Assembly: GCA_951406725.2 (NCBI GenBank)
Contig: OX597814.1
Span: 120,156,001-120,220,000 of the forward strand
Direction of reading: 5' to 3'
Source of the DNA: Octopus vulgaris
Taxonomy: Eukaryota
DNA: 64,000 nt
Part shown: piece by piece, positions 39,675 to 51,944 of the stretch
Numbering within the stretch: the first letter of the stretch is position 1
Layout: each line of letters starts with the position of its first letter
Program-made: the position numbers and the translations under genes
Notes under the pieces: generated by a model
The model's input: only the letters and a program-made list of their open reading frames with translations
Told to the model about the DNA's origin: nothing
Databases searched by the model: none

Positions 39675-42212
39675 GATTTCATATATCTACCTTAAACGTT
39701 ATTTCTATAAATGAAAATGTACAGAGGAATAATGTAATTTGCAACACTACAATTCATATTTGAAATAACATTTTGCATACAATTAACATATAACAGGAAA
39801 TGCGTAGCTGGTATAATGGAATAGAATCATTCCATTGTTAAATATTTTTTCCTGACAGGTGGATTTAATCAGTGCAAATTTTGATGATGCTCTCCGAGGA
39901 GGATCATTTACTCCGATGAATAAAGAGCGGAAAATTCCAAAAGCAAATAGATTCTTGTCTGCGAAACAAACTCAATAGTTTAGCTGTTGTGTACAAAGAT
40001 ATATCTTGACTATATATTTCAATAGTAACTAGGAAGTGTGACAAGGAAAGAGGTTGCTGTTGTTCATGGCACTTGTGTATCTACACCGACTGAAAATGAA
40101 TTAGTAAATGTAATTAAGATAACTGAGAATATTATAGTGCCGATTGCTTCATTCAGCTCTGAGGTGTTGGAATTTATGATCGATATGTCGACAGTTAGCA
40201 AGCAGACAAATTGTCGGTTGTCGGAATGAAATCACTATAAATTGGTGTCAATTATTAATTTACACCATTGTAGTAATAGAAATATCGTATACCATGGCGA
40301 AAATAGGGCATTACTCTGTACTAACGATCTGTTGTTAATGACAGGGGCATTCTGAGAAAATTAAGCCGTGTTAGCGTCTCCCTAATGGCGTGTATGTATA
40401 CGAGTTAACATGATCGGTTGACAGGAGGAAAGATGTTGTGGTGAAGGTTATGAAGTGAAGTTATTAATGAGGAGAATGCAACATGTCTTTAAACACATTA
40501 AAGTCTATTTAGTGAGAGATAATTATCATAGATATATTTCAGTTTATTTGATAAAATGAGGGTTTCGTTTTCGTTGAGAAAGAGCATTTTTGTAAAAGAC
40601 CAGATGATGAAAAAGCTGTTTGAGTGATGAGATATTTCGAAGTACCGAAACGTATTGCATTCCATTGCCGACAATTAGGCCGCGTCCATCATGAAACACA
40701 AAAGTTAACCCGATGCATTTCCGCAGCCGTAATTTTGAATGAATTCATGTTGTTGATCTCTAGAAGCGAGATATTTCGTAAACATACTTATGTGGATAGA
40801 ATGGTTTCTGACCTTTCATTAGCTGTCTAGTATGCGCCTGATTTTAGACACATTTCCGAAGTTCAAATGTGTTTAAATGATAGTGGAACACCGGTCACAC
40901 TCAAAGACGTCTATATATGTTCATGTTCGTGTATTCAAATGATAGTGGATCACCGGTCACAGCTGACATGATGTGCCCGATAGCTGTGCAGTGCAGATAT
41001 GTAGTATGTTAGCGTAATAAAAGAGCGATGAGAATAACCAATTCTCGCGAAACTTTGCGAAATGCAAGTTTTGGAGATAAAAAATTCTCTTTCTACATTT
41101 TGAGTGTATGTGTGAGGGCCAGGAATGCGAGGGAAGTTATTTGCAGTAAATCTGACAGTATTACTTCAATTATAGTTAGAAATAAATTCATTTATACGAA
41201 TGGCGTTGAAACCATAAATACACACATATAAGCGCACGCGCAAGCAACACAGACACATATATACTACGTGCGCGCGTGCACACTCATAATATTCATGTGA
41301 TTACAAATGAATGAGGAGAACAATGAGCATACGTTTGACATGGAGATAAATTAATCTCTAGTAAGAATTTGAATCATAATTTATTTATTTTGATTATAAT
41401 GTATTTGAATCATAATGTATTTATTTTGCATGAATGATATTTTAGTAAAGCAAATGTAAATGATACAATTAATAGAATTATAAACAAACAGACAACATAC
41501 ATAGACATGAAGAGGAGGAAACGGTTCGGAGGATATTCTTTATTTTATATCATCACAATTGTTTCCACACACCGTCACACGGTAGTACAATGGTGAGATT
41601 ATATTGTTAATATATCGTGTAATCCCTACCACCCATCAAAAGTGGAATATCTTTTCTGCAGCAGATCTATTTGTATCAGTTCTTCAGCAGATCAGACAGT
41701 TATTATACTCTGATCAAGAATGAAGACCCGAGACAGAGTGCTATTTTGCGTAATTTGCAGCGAAAACTACACCCACAGCCAAATGACAGTCTAAACAAAG
41801 TTTAATCAAAATACAAAACACAAGATAACAGGCACAGACACAAAGCGCTCCCATCTCTAGTTAAATATACAATGCAATTATATCTCCACGGTCAGAATAT
41901 CAGTAATAGTAATATTAGTATAAACAAAATTAATAGTGAAAATAAGCAGTTGGTGATAAAATAATAAAGTGGTCGGCACTGATCATCTCTACCATGTATT
42001 TGAAAGAACCCACCTCCGTACTAAAAGTAAGCATTTGGGGCCATTCTACATAAGAATCTGTCACTTTAAAATGTTTAATTATAATTGGCTAACATCTATA
42101 ATATTTTTAAAAGACACTTAGGAAAATAAGTTACTAGGTAAACTGCAGAAATATTCTTTCATATTTATAGAATGAACTGTATATAGTTTTAAGCATATAG
42201 TCTTAAATATTT

Positions 42213-43990
42213 GTACATGAATTTATGTTGCAAGATTCCTGATGTTAAGTCATGTGTTGAAACAAAATAGACAAAAAATATCCATCCCAATATATGACAA
42301 CACCTGTTTCAGCACACTGTTTCACATCAGGAATCTCACAGCACAAATTCATATACGTAATTGCCCCAGCATAATGGCAGCTTCAAACCAGAATTTCCAC
42401 GACGTTCTCGCTCCAACTGAACAACATAAACTTCACTCACTCTTTCATCCTGTCCCACCCGATGCCACTATACCACGCCTCACACTATCCTCCTCGATTG
42501 ACTAGTCCCCTCTTTCTCACTCCCACCCTTCAATTACTTTCCCCTCCCCCACACAACTTCCCTTCTCTCCCCTCCCAGCCTTCCACCTCCTCCAGCACAC
42601 TTCCAGCACCTAACTTCCCCTCCTCCCTATTTCAGTCTGTTGGTACCATTATTCCTAGTCTCTCCCTCAAATGGAGCGCTCTCTTCACAGTAGGGGGTCT
42701 GCGATTCATTTCCCTCATTCCGTCCGTTACGAGTTTCATATCCTTTGTGCGCCGTGTCGGGATACATACACTATTTCAAAACATCCCACCTGTATCTAAT
42801 GAGGAAGACTGCTTCTTAGAACTCACGGCTGACCACCCTACTAGACGACAGCTCCTGGCCAGACCCAAGCAGTTGATCTATTTGCAAACATCTGCCCAAG
42901 CGTTGTGGTCCGGCTCATCTTTTGCAGGCGTCCCCGATATTTCAACATCTTCTCAGCCGAAATCTCGGCCCTTCGATATCACATTTGTAGAGATGAGCTA
43001 CATTCGGAATAAAAATGCACTGTCTCCGCATTTTGTTCAAACATTCAATTTTGGTGAGAATTTTTTAATGAAATGCAGTTCCATTGCTTTTTCCAATAGC
43101 GAATCGTCCCGTGCACATTTGTAAAAGGGAAAATCTTTGAATTTTCCGTCGCTGCATATTTCCAGATGCTTATTTGCGTGATTTCTCTTGTCGGATATGT
43201 TTCCTATGGATTCTTTCACGTTGGCAGAGAGAATCATTTGTTTCGCCTATGTAATTTTTTTTTGCATTTTCGGCAAGTAATGCAGTATATGATGTTTTGC
43301 AGTTCATATCTACATTTATATTGAAAAGGGATCCGCTATTGAATTTTATGTGGGAACCACTTAACCATGTATTTGAATTTGTTGATGTTGTTGTATATTC
43401 CACATCTCCTATCTTCCCATTCTCTTACCAAGATTTCTGATTTATTCTCTGATTTGAATTCTGCCCTCGTGATGTGTTTTTTAAGAGTTTTTGGTTGTCG
43501 TCTGCTATTTCGTTTTCGGGCGTTATAGGAGTATAGGTAAGTTCGATTTTATGGCATGAAAGATGTTCATTATTTCAGGACTGTATGTGTTAACGAACGG
43601 AATCGTGTTTTCATTAACTTTTTCCTTAGGTGTCCGTAGTTGGGTGTTGTTCAGTTTCATGGTATTTTTAATTTCCTCATTAATTAAGACTGAGGGGTAT
43701 TTCTGCATGGTAAAGTAGCTTTGAGTTCGTTGAGTAGGATTTTACTTATTTTGGGGTCAGTCACTATAGCACATATATGTCTTGGCATGGTGTATGTGAT
43801 GTTTCTTTTGATGTGAGATAGATGGCAAGAGTAGAAATTTAAATATTAGTGTGTGTGACTTTTTCTCTAAAATATTCTGTTGTGACTGTGGAGTTCTGTA
43901 TTCTCATGTGGATATCCAGGAATGGTATTTCATTGCAACTCGATTCTCTAGTGAATTTGATGGATGGGTGAAGTGTGTTCAGTATATTGT
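42213..43990 (-). mobile_element. Decayed 5'-truncated Penelope-like retroelement (RT thumb, linker, GIY-YIG endonuclease, 3' region with inverted terminus)
   Basis: Frameshifted minus-strand peptides: LNTLHPSIKFTRE..IPFLDI (RT C-terminus), IPFVNTYSP (linker), NYIGETNDSLCQRERIH and ELHFIKKFSPKLN (GIY-YIG). Inverted arms at 42213-42264 and 42305-42356. The left boundary is uncertain. Confidence 0.88.
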
Positions 43991-44285
43991 TATATATATA
44001 TATATATATATATATATACAAAATATGGGGTTTTAGTTCACAGTTGATCTAAACGACTTGGTACGCTGGGTATATGTTGTAACTGATTACCAGGACACCA
44101 AGCTCATAGCCGAGACAGGGATTATGGAACCATTGTAGATTTCCGATACAGCAAATATATACACTACCGGAAATTTGAACAGTGAACTTTTATGTTTCTG
44201 CTTTTCTGTATTTCTGTATTTCTTTTTTCTCCTGGCCTTTATTTCATCGGTCACATAATCTATATCCTTCACATGTTCCCTATTT

Positions 44286-44341
44286 GTCTCCGATGACAGA
44301 ATATTCCGTATTCTTGAATATTCTAGAAACAGCTGTAAGAT
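44286..44341 (+). ncRNA. Minimal type I hammerhead ribozyme (U4C core variant) in a TA-flanked ~400-bp element (44019-44415)
   Basis: GUCU-CCGAUGA-C-AGAAUAUUC(9 nt)GAAUAUUCU-A-GAAA-CAGCUG-UA-AGAU. Perfect 9-bp stem II, palindromic stem III ACAGCUGU, GUA triplet. Confidence 0.72.
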
Positions 44342-44410
44342 TAAATTTTTCTAATAATGATAACGTATATGACTTGAAATGTTTGTATTGCTTTAGCGTT
44401 TGTTGTCCTC

Positions 44411-44467
<57 letters not shown>

Positions 44468-45829
44468 TGAGTGTATGTGTATGTGTGTGTGAGTGCGCAG
44501 ATTCGTGTATCTGTTCATGTATGAACGCATTTATACTTCTTACATACATGCTTACTATTTTTAATATTAATATTTATATTAATATATATTGAGTTCTATG
44601 TCTATGAACAACGAAAAGTTACTACAATACTGAAGCACTAGAATTTATTTACATACGTCTGCATAGTTTCATGTAATTATAGTTTTCAATTCACATGCAT
44701 CCAAGTAACTGTATCTATGTGATGCATGTAATAGTTCCATAAACATTTTTTCCTATCAGTCTTGCGAACAACTTAGTACAAGAGAGAAGCATACAACTGC
44801 ATAGTCACCAGAAGAAACACACGCTGTATGTTAATCAACTCACTAATGTGTATGAGGATTTGTGGGAACAAAATTGATATGAAATAAAAACTTTTGTTCA
44901 ATACATTTACTCTTAAACGGATGCGAACAAATGTACGAATGCTAATAATTTCAGATCAGTATCCAGTAATAGGAGTATCCGCACTGTATGATGATAGTAA
45001 GCCATACATGGTGACGACCTTTGTATAGCATGCTATTAAATTTTCTTCAAAATTTTATTCAAACACATGCTTATATCCACACATACATATACGCCTATAT
45101 GTCTGTGTATGTGTGTGTGTGTGCACATACATGTGTGTATTATGCATGTGGTATGCATGCGTATTTGTGTTGATTGCCTTCGACATAAATATCATCTGCG
45201 TAGTTTATCTTACTGCCGATATTAATCCACTATAGTTAATTGTCTGTGGCAGATATCCAGTAGTAATCATCTACGATATATAATTTCTTTAGTTTTGTGA
45301 AATGCAATTTTTAACATTGCATTTCATTTCTTTTCCCATTATGCTAATTTAGCGAATGTTACTGAAAAGAAATTCATTTAATTGCGTTGTAGACTAACAA
45401 TATCTAAAGAAGAAATTAGTAAAGAATATAAAGATCGAAATTTTACAGAATTACGTATCCTAAATTTAAGCATCAGAAACAAAATTTCAGCTTAAATAAC
45501 GAATACATTTAGACAAATATTTCTCTTATGTCATCATTGGGACCGATAGGCTACTTGAATATCATCTGCGGCGAATAAAATATACACCGTAAAATTCATT
45601 GCTTATACAACAACGATAGACGTGTACAATTACGTATATTACCATACATGATCATAAAACAGTCGATATGATTGTTTTCAAATATATAAAATCAAATCTT
45701 TTTCTCATATTCATGAGTATTAATGTGTAAAATTAAACGATAATCACGTGATAGTAAGATATTATGGTTTGCATATGGCACGAGCATTCATGGATATTGT
45801 ATACTAAGGTAATTATGATAACAAATAAA

Positions 45830-46580
45830 ACCAGAGCTCTTCGATCTTGAACCTCTAATATATGTATATAGATTGTTTCCATAAACAGTAATGGTCAATA
45901 CAAAGTAATGGGTGAAGCTGCAGCTCAGAATACACTGCAAAGAAGAACGGGTCATCTCGAAATGACACTTTGTTTTATGATTAATGGTGCTTCCTTGTTC
46001 ATTGCTAGTGTTTCTAGGATCCATGTGTTGGGAGTACTATCAAAAGCCTTTCAATAGTCGATCCAAGACATGCTTAGACATTTTTTCTTTCTCTTCAGCT
46101 CTCTTCCTTAATTGCTTTATTGATCGTTACAGCCGTACGAGCACTTGCAGCATCCTTTCTGCTCTTCTGCAAACAAGTTCTTTACTTCCAGATGTTTGCA
46201 GTAAAAGCTTTGTAAATTATACGGAGAAAAGTTATTGGTCTGTAGTTTTGTGGGTTTGGAATTGAACAATTCGTTTTCTTGAAAGACACGTTGGCATTTC
46301 TCATACTGGCAGATTCTTTGTTCTTTGGCGAAGATATCTTGCTTTACGTCTTGTATACCTTGTTCTAAAATTTTTATATTTCCGTTGTATTCTTCTTCTT
46401 TTCTTGTTGCTTAGTAGTGTTGCATGCCTACTAATTTTGTCAAGGATTGACAGATCCTTTGTATTATTTTCTTTTTTTTCTGGATATTATTTATCTACAA
46501 GGTTTGTTTGGTTGGCAGTAATCCTATTTGGATGGATTTGATGGAGTATCCAGCTTCTTTCGTGGCAACACAAGCTGCTG
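45830..46580 (-). mobile_element. Degenerate R4/Dong-type reverse transcriptase fragment
   Basis: Manual minus-strand translation gives PQNYRPITFL..YK, EEQKGC..SYGC and LSMSWIDY*KAFDS, with stops and frameshifts. Confidence 0.8.
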
Positions 46581-46599
46581 CATATATTATATAATTTAC

Positions 46600-46790
46600 C
46601 TTGTTTTTACCGACATTTGAGTCAGTGATTATTAGTTCTGTGATGCTCCAGCAAATCGACAATCAGCACTTATTCTTTGTAAGCCTAGTACTTATTCTAT
46701 CGGCCTCTTTTACCGAACCGCTAAGTTACGAGGACGTAAACACACCATCATCGGTTGACAAGCAATATTGGTGGGGGTACAAACACAGAC
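46600..46790 (-). mobile_element. 3' half of the SINE family at 15709-16154
   Basis: ACTTATTCTTTGTAAGCCTAGTACTTATTCTATCGG..CCGAACCGCTAAGTTACG shared. Confidence 0.8.
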
Positions 46791-46799
46791 TGCACCTTT

Positions 46800-47192
46800 C
46801 GAACATATAAATGATCAGCTTTAAAACCTTTAATATCCACAACTTCTGTGAATACCTATCCTTTCCTTTCTCCCAGAGTATTCGAAAATGTAAACATCGT
46901 CATTATTCCACGAACACGACAGTTTTGTCTGTTCGGATAGACAAACGAACATCTTCAGTAAATTTTTAAACCTTAATATCCAGAATTTTCTGTGAAAATT
47001 TTACCTTCCGTTTCCTTTCTCTCTGAGTATTCGATCATGTAAACATCCTTTTTATTGCAAAAACACTACAGTCCTTCCTAAACGCATATATTAACGAACA
47101 TCTCAAATAATTTAGCAACTTTAATATTTCCAATTTTGTGTGAACATTTCATCTTTCCTTTTTCTCTGACTACTCGAATAATTAAATATGCC

Positions 47193-47193
<1 letters not shown>
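46800..47193. repeat. Degenerate ~147-bp tandem repeat, about 2.7 copies
   Basis: CGAACAT..CTTTAATAT..TGTGAA..TTTCCTTT..TCGA..TAAA recurs near 46800, 46947 and 47096. Confidence 0.7.

Positions 47194-47286
<93 letters not shown>
47194..47286. repeat. (TTA)n microsatellite, target of adjacent LINEs
   Basis: Direct reading. Confidence 0.95.
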
Positions 47287-47289
<3 letters not shown>

Positions 47290-47328
47290 TAGTTTTATTT
47301 TTATAGCGTGCTTTTTATTATTATTATT

Positions 47329-48091
47329 CAGTAGTTTTATTTTTATTTTTATAGCGTGCTTTCACTTCACTACCGAGCGCAGCTCTGTGTGCCTTGGGTA
47401 TGTGCTGTGATTTGTTGTGATGCTCTGATGGTTATTGTATGGAAAGTGTTCTGCGTAGGATGTGTGCAGTGCCTAGTAGTGCAATTTTCTGTATGTTATA
47501 TGTGTTTGTAAGTCCTGGTGTTTTTGTTATGTATTTGTCTGAATATTTTTTTATCATGCCTAATGCACCTACTATGATAGGAATTGTTTCTGTTTTCAGA
47601 TTCCACATTCTAGTTACCTCTATTTCCAGGTCTTTGTATTTTGAGAGTTTCTCCATTTCTTTTAGAGACACGTTGTCATCTGCCGGTATTGATACATCAA
47701 TTAGAAAGCATTTTTTTTCTTCATGGTCTCTGACAACTATATCTGGTCTGTTGGCCTTAATTTCTCTATCTGTGTGTATCGGCATATCCCAGAGTATGGT
47801 TGCTTTCTCGTTTTCTGTGACCTTTTCTGGTGTGTGCCTATACCATCTTTTTTCTGTTGTTATTCCATAATGTTGGCATAGCTTCCAATGTATGTAAGTT
47901 CCAACTCTGTCATGTCTGTGAATATATTCCTTCTTAGCCAGGACTGGGCAGCTAGAGATAATATGATTTATTGTTTCTTGTCCATCTCCACATATTCTGC
48001 AGTTACTTGTAATATTTCTTTTCATTACATGTTTTTGGTAATTTCTGGTGGGGAGGCTTTGGTCTTGTGCTGCAATTAAAAATCCCTCTGT
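47329..48091 (-). mobile_element. 5'-truncated R4/Dong-clade non-LTR retrotransposon (CCHC knuckle + RLE endonuclease, ORF 47432-48025)
   Basis: CRICGDGQETINHIISSC, RHD, RPDIVV..IDV, KLSKY and IIVGALG motifs. Flanked by (TTA)n on both sides, the known Dong target. Confidence 0.93.
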
Positions 48092-48112
48092 TATTATTAT
48101 TATTATTATTAA

Positions 48113-48161
<49 letters not shown>

Positions 48162-48164
<3 letters not shown>

Positions 48165-49110
48165 TAGTTTTATTTTTATAGCGTGCTTTCACTTCACTAG
48201 CGAGCGCAGCTCTGTGTGCCTTGGGTATGTGCTGTGATTTGTTGTGATGCTCTGATGGTTATTGTATGGAAAGTGTTCTGCGTAGGATGTGTGCAGTGCC
48301 TAGTAGTGCAATTTTCTGTATGTTATATGTGTTTGTAAGTCCTGGTGTTTTTGTTATGTATTTGTCTGAATATTTTTTTATCATGCCTAATGCACCTACT
48401 ATGATAGAAATCGCTTCTGTTTTCAGATTCCACATTCTGGTTACCTCTATTTCCAGGTCTTTGTATTTTGAAAGTTTCTCCATTTCTTTTAGAGACACGT
48501 TGTCATTTGTCGATATTGATACATCAATTAGAAAGCATATTTTTTCTTCATGATCTTTGACAACTATATCTGGTCTGTTGGCCTTAATTTCTCTATCTGT
48601 GTGTATCGGCATATCCCAGAGTATGGTTGCTTTCTCGTTTTCTGTGACCTTTTCTGGTGTGTGCCTATACCATCTTTTTTCTGTTGCTATTCCATAATGT
48701 CGGCATAGCTTCCAGTGTATATTCTGCAGTTACTTGTTATATTTCTTTTCATTACATGTTTTTGGTAATTTCTGGTGGGGAGGCTTTGATCTTGTGCTGC
48801 AATTAAAAATCCCTCTGTCTCTGCTTTGAGTCCTGAGCTTCTCAACCATTGCTGGGATTTTTCTTTGTCTATTTCTTTTGCGTTTAGTTTAGTCCAGTAT
48901 TTACCATGAAGGGGCTTTTCTTGCCATCTTTTTATCATGGTTCGTTGCTCTTCTGTTTTTAGTTTGGATTTCATTTGTTTTATAGCTTTTGTTGTTTCTT
49001 CATCTTCTTCTTCTTCTTCATATTTATTAGGTGGTATGATTTCTTGTTTGTATTTGTCAGCTTCCTTAAATACTGAGAACAGTTTTTTGTTTTGCTCGTG
49101 TTTTGCCGCT
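48162..49110 (-). mobile_element. Second 5'-truncated R4/Dong copy with ~100-bp internal deletion
   Basis: Near-identical to 47329-48091 and extends further 5' (WQEKPLHG, KAETEGFLIAAQDQ). Lacks the knuckle/RHD segment near 48720. Confidence 0.92.
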
Positions 49111-49139
49111 TATTATTATTATATTATTATTATTATCAA

Positions 49140-49170
<31 letters not shown>

Positions 49171-49243
49171 ATTATTATTATTATTATTATTATTATTGCT
49201 GTTGTTGTTGTTGTTGCTGCTGCTGTTGTTGTTGTTGTTGTTG
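49110..49243. repeat. (TTA)n-(GTT)n microsatellite
   Basis: Direct reading. Confidence 0.95.
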
Positions 49244-49244
49244 T

Positions 49245-49773
49245 GTGAGAGAGAGCAGTGCATGCTATCAAAGTGTCACTGGGGTAAAATATACGAAGCC
49301 AAGGATAGCCATCGTGACTAACCGTCTGATAAGGGTACACTAGGCACATGCATCAAAACTATATGTGTGCAACACGGTGATCTCATATGACCTTGCAGGT
49401 GGAGCTCAGTTAGAATTTTCTTCAGATCGACTAGCCTATTCCGCTCAAAAGGTCCCTGAATAAAGGCTGTTTAAGGATGATGAACGAAACACCCATGTTT
49501 GGAGAGGTGAATTATTCAGTCCCTCTCAACACATGGCTATGATGCTCCCACACTACTTCTGCCCGTGATCAGAGATGCGCATATCCTCAGCCACTATGAG
49601 ACATGGTCAACTGGTTATGGTCCAACAACTGGCAAGCAAATATGTGGTATTGAGCAGAATATTTGCTGTAGGCCATCTTTTATACCAAGACAAAACAATA
49701 TGCATGATAACACTTCCAATCAGTTAAGATCAGAAACCACGAGAGCCACTGCCTGGTGCTTATTCAGGACATT
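49245..49773. mobile_element. Unclassified interspersed repeat between trinucleotide tracts
   Basis: Higher-GC ~530-bp block bounded by (GTT)n and (TTA)n. It resembles a recalled abundant octopus repeat, but there is only one copy in this window. Confidence 0.45.
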
Positions 49774-49790
49774 AATTATTATTATTATTA

Positions 49791-49821
<31 letters not shown>

Positions 49822-50319
49822 GTTTCATTATTTCTTTCTATTCATTGTTGGGATGCTATTTCCTTATTACTAAGTTGGTCACTGTGGCTGAACATGTAAA
49901 TATGTGGCTAGGAAGCACATAGACACTTCTGTGCCTACATGTTTGTGTGTCTGCGTATGTGTCCCTGCATGTGTGAGTGTGTGTTTGTGCATGTGCGTAC
50001 GTCGTTGCGTTTGTATTTGCATGCACACGTACACACACACATACAAATGACATGACTTAAACGTGTTGGATGAATTTTCACACATCATATGAGACGTTGT
50101 TTGTTAAAACACTTCTTTCATGAAACTAACACCTCATGTGTTTTAGTTATTTCAGTGGAATTATTTGACTCGTGATTGCTATAATATTTACATTCCTCAC
50201 GTTTTATAAATCAATATTGTTTCTTTATATATTTATATGTATGTCAACTGATACACAGCAATTAGATATGAACACCTGTATATCATAGTTTTTGTACAGT
50301 TTCCTTTCTCCATTTCTGT

Positions 50320-50341
50320 ATATATGTGTGTGTCTGTGTGT

Positions 50342-50388
<47 letters not shown>

Positions 50389-50700
50389 TGTATATATATA
50401 TACACACACACACATATATATATACCTATATAGATATAGATATAGATATATATATATATATATATATACATATATATATACGTATATATGTACATACATA
50501 TAAATATATATACATATGCATAAGCACCTATATATATCCAAAGAACACGACAGAGCGAGGGTGAGAGGATGACAGATAGTTGGACAGATATAGATATATA
50601 CTTATACATATACATGCATGGATATGTATATATCAATGAATATATATATGCATATGTGTGTGCGTATACGTGTATACATATATATGTTTGTGTGTGTATG
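50320..50700. repeat. Compound (TA)n/(CA)n low-complexity tract
   Basis: Direct reading. Confidence 0.9.
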
Positions 50701-51379
50701 TCTTAAAATAGACAGAGAAGGAAGTGCAGAGTTATGGAGATAGGGAGAGATGACAGGTTTAAGAAAGAGAGTGAAGTGAACACATGATTAATATAGAAGC
50801 AATTATATGAGTGTTCATTGTATTAGTAAATAGCTGTTGACAAGCATACAAGTATATCAACGAAAATCTAATATTGATTCACTTAGACATGAATGTAGGA
50901 AAATATAAATAGTATTGTATTTTTTCTTGTTATTTTCCTCATTATTATTTTCCTTATATTTTAGTGTGTCAATGCATCGTTTCTCTCTTTCAGGGCTTTG
51001 TCGTGTTTATGTAATCGGAAAGAATGAAATTGTTGAGGAGTTCTCAACAAACTCATAACATGTTTTTTTTTTTCTGCAGCAGGTTCATCTGTGTGCTTGT
51101 TTATGTTTTACATTCGTCGTTTAGCGAATGCTTTTTTCTGTAATTTATATGCTATGTCACCGAGAGGAAATCTACGCTGACCTTAAACCATTTTATTTTC
51201 TGATGTAGCATTGTCAATAAGATTCATTGTAAACATGTAGTTTCCATGAGAATCTTGCCTGCATTAGTGTATGTAGTACGCACTTCGTTTACAGACCAAT
51301 AAACTCTCGCAGACGTTGATATCAGCAGCAATAATTGAATTCTGGGAATATGGATTGGTCAGTGCAAAGTTAAAATATA

Positions 51380-51944
51380 TTGGCTTGTCCGGAAAGTTCA
51401 TGCCGACTTTTAAAGGAAAGGAAAAAGTCAATAAATACTTGCCATTATATTAGTAATCAACCAAATATGAACCATGTTTTGCACAAAGCGTCTCCTTCTT
51501 TCCTTTAACTTGAAAATACCCTCTTCCAAGAATTGAGGTGGTTACGTGGCAAAGAATTCATCAAGGTATCTTTGTACATGATCCAAGGAATTGAAACTTT
51601 TACCATTAAGACTATTCTGAAGAGACCTGTATAAGTGGAAATCCGAAGGAGCAATATCTGGTGAATATAGAGGGTGAGGTAACACATCCCAGGCGAACTG
51701 CAGCAAGTTTTGTCAGGTTCCCAAAGCATCAAGTGCCGATAATGAACTTTCTTATCTTCCATTTTAATGGGTTACAGAATGAACATAGGTTATAGGAACA
51801 TAAACCTTCTTCCAATAAAAGATAGCTTCACCTGTGCTCTAAAGGAACGTGTAGTCAAATCTTATTTTATGGACTCAACCATGTTCTAAAATAAGTCGAA
51901 ATATAAGCTACTATAAATCGGCTCGAACTTTCCGGACAACCCAA
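51380..51944 (-). mobile_element. Internally deleted mariner transposon
   Basis: TIRs TTGGCTTGTCCGGAAAGTTC and GAACTTTCCGGACAACCCAA with TA TSD. N-terminus MEDKKVHYRHLMLWE is fused out of frame to WDVLPHPLYSPDIAPSDFHLYRSL (mariner YSPDLAP motif). Confidence 0.93.

Noticed and set aside
39858-39978. Possible + strand terminal exon after TTTTTCCTGACAG
   Set aside because: About 39 codons, no recognisable domain and no linked exons.
40875-40962. 25-bp direct repeat AAATGATAGTGGA(A/T)CACCGGTCACA, 62 bp apart
   Set aside because: Only two copies; a simple local duplication, not a CRISPR-like array.
41550-41695. Minus-strand CTGAAGA ... GAAACAATTGT hammerhead-like arrangement
   Set aside because: Stems I and II do not pair convincingly and position 17 is G.
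42462-43124. 220-aa + strand ORF
   Set aside because: Pro/Ser-rich low-complexity frame antisense to the Penelope-like 3' region, with no recognisable domain.
47439-48553. + strand ORFs of 143 and 95 aa
   Set aside because: Antisense shadows of the Dong RLE ORFs.
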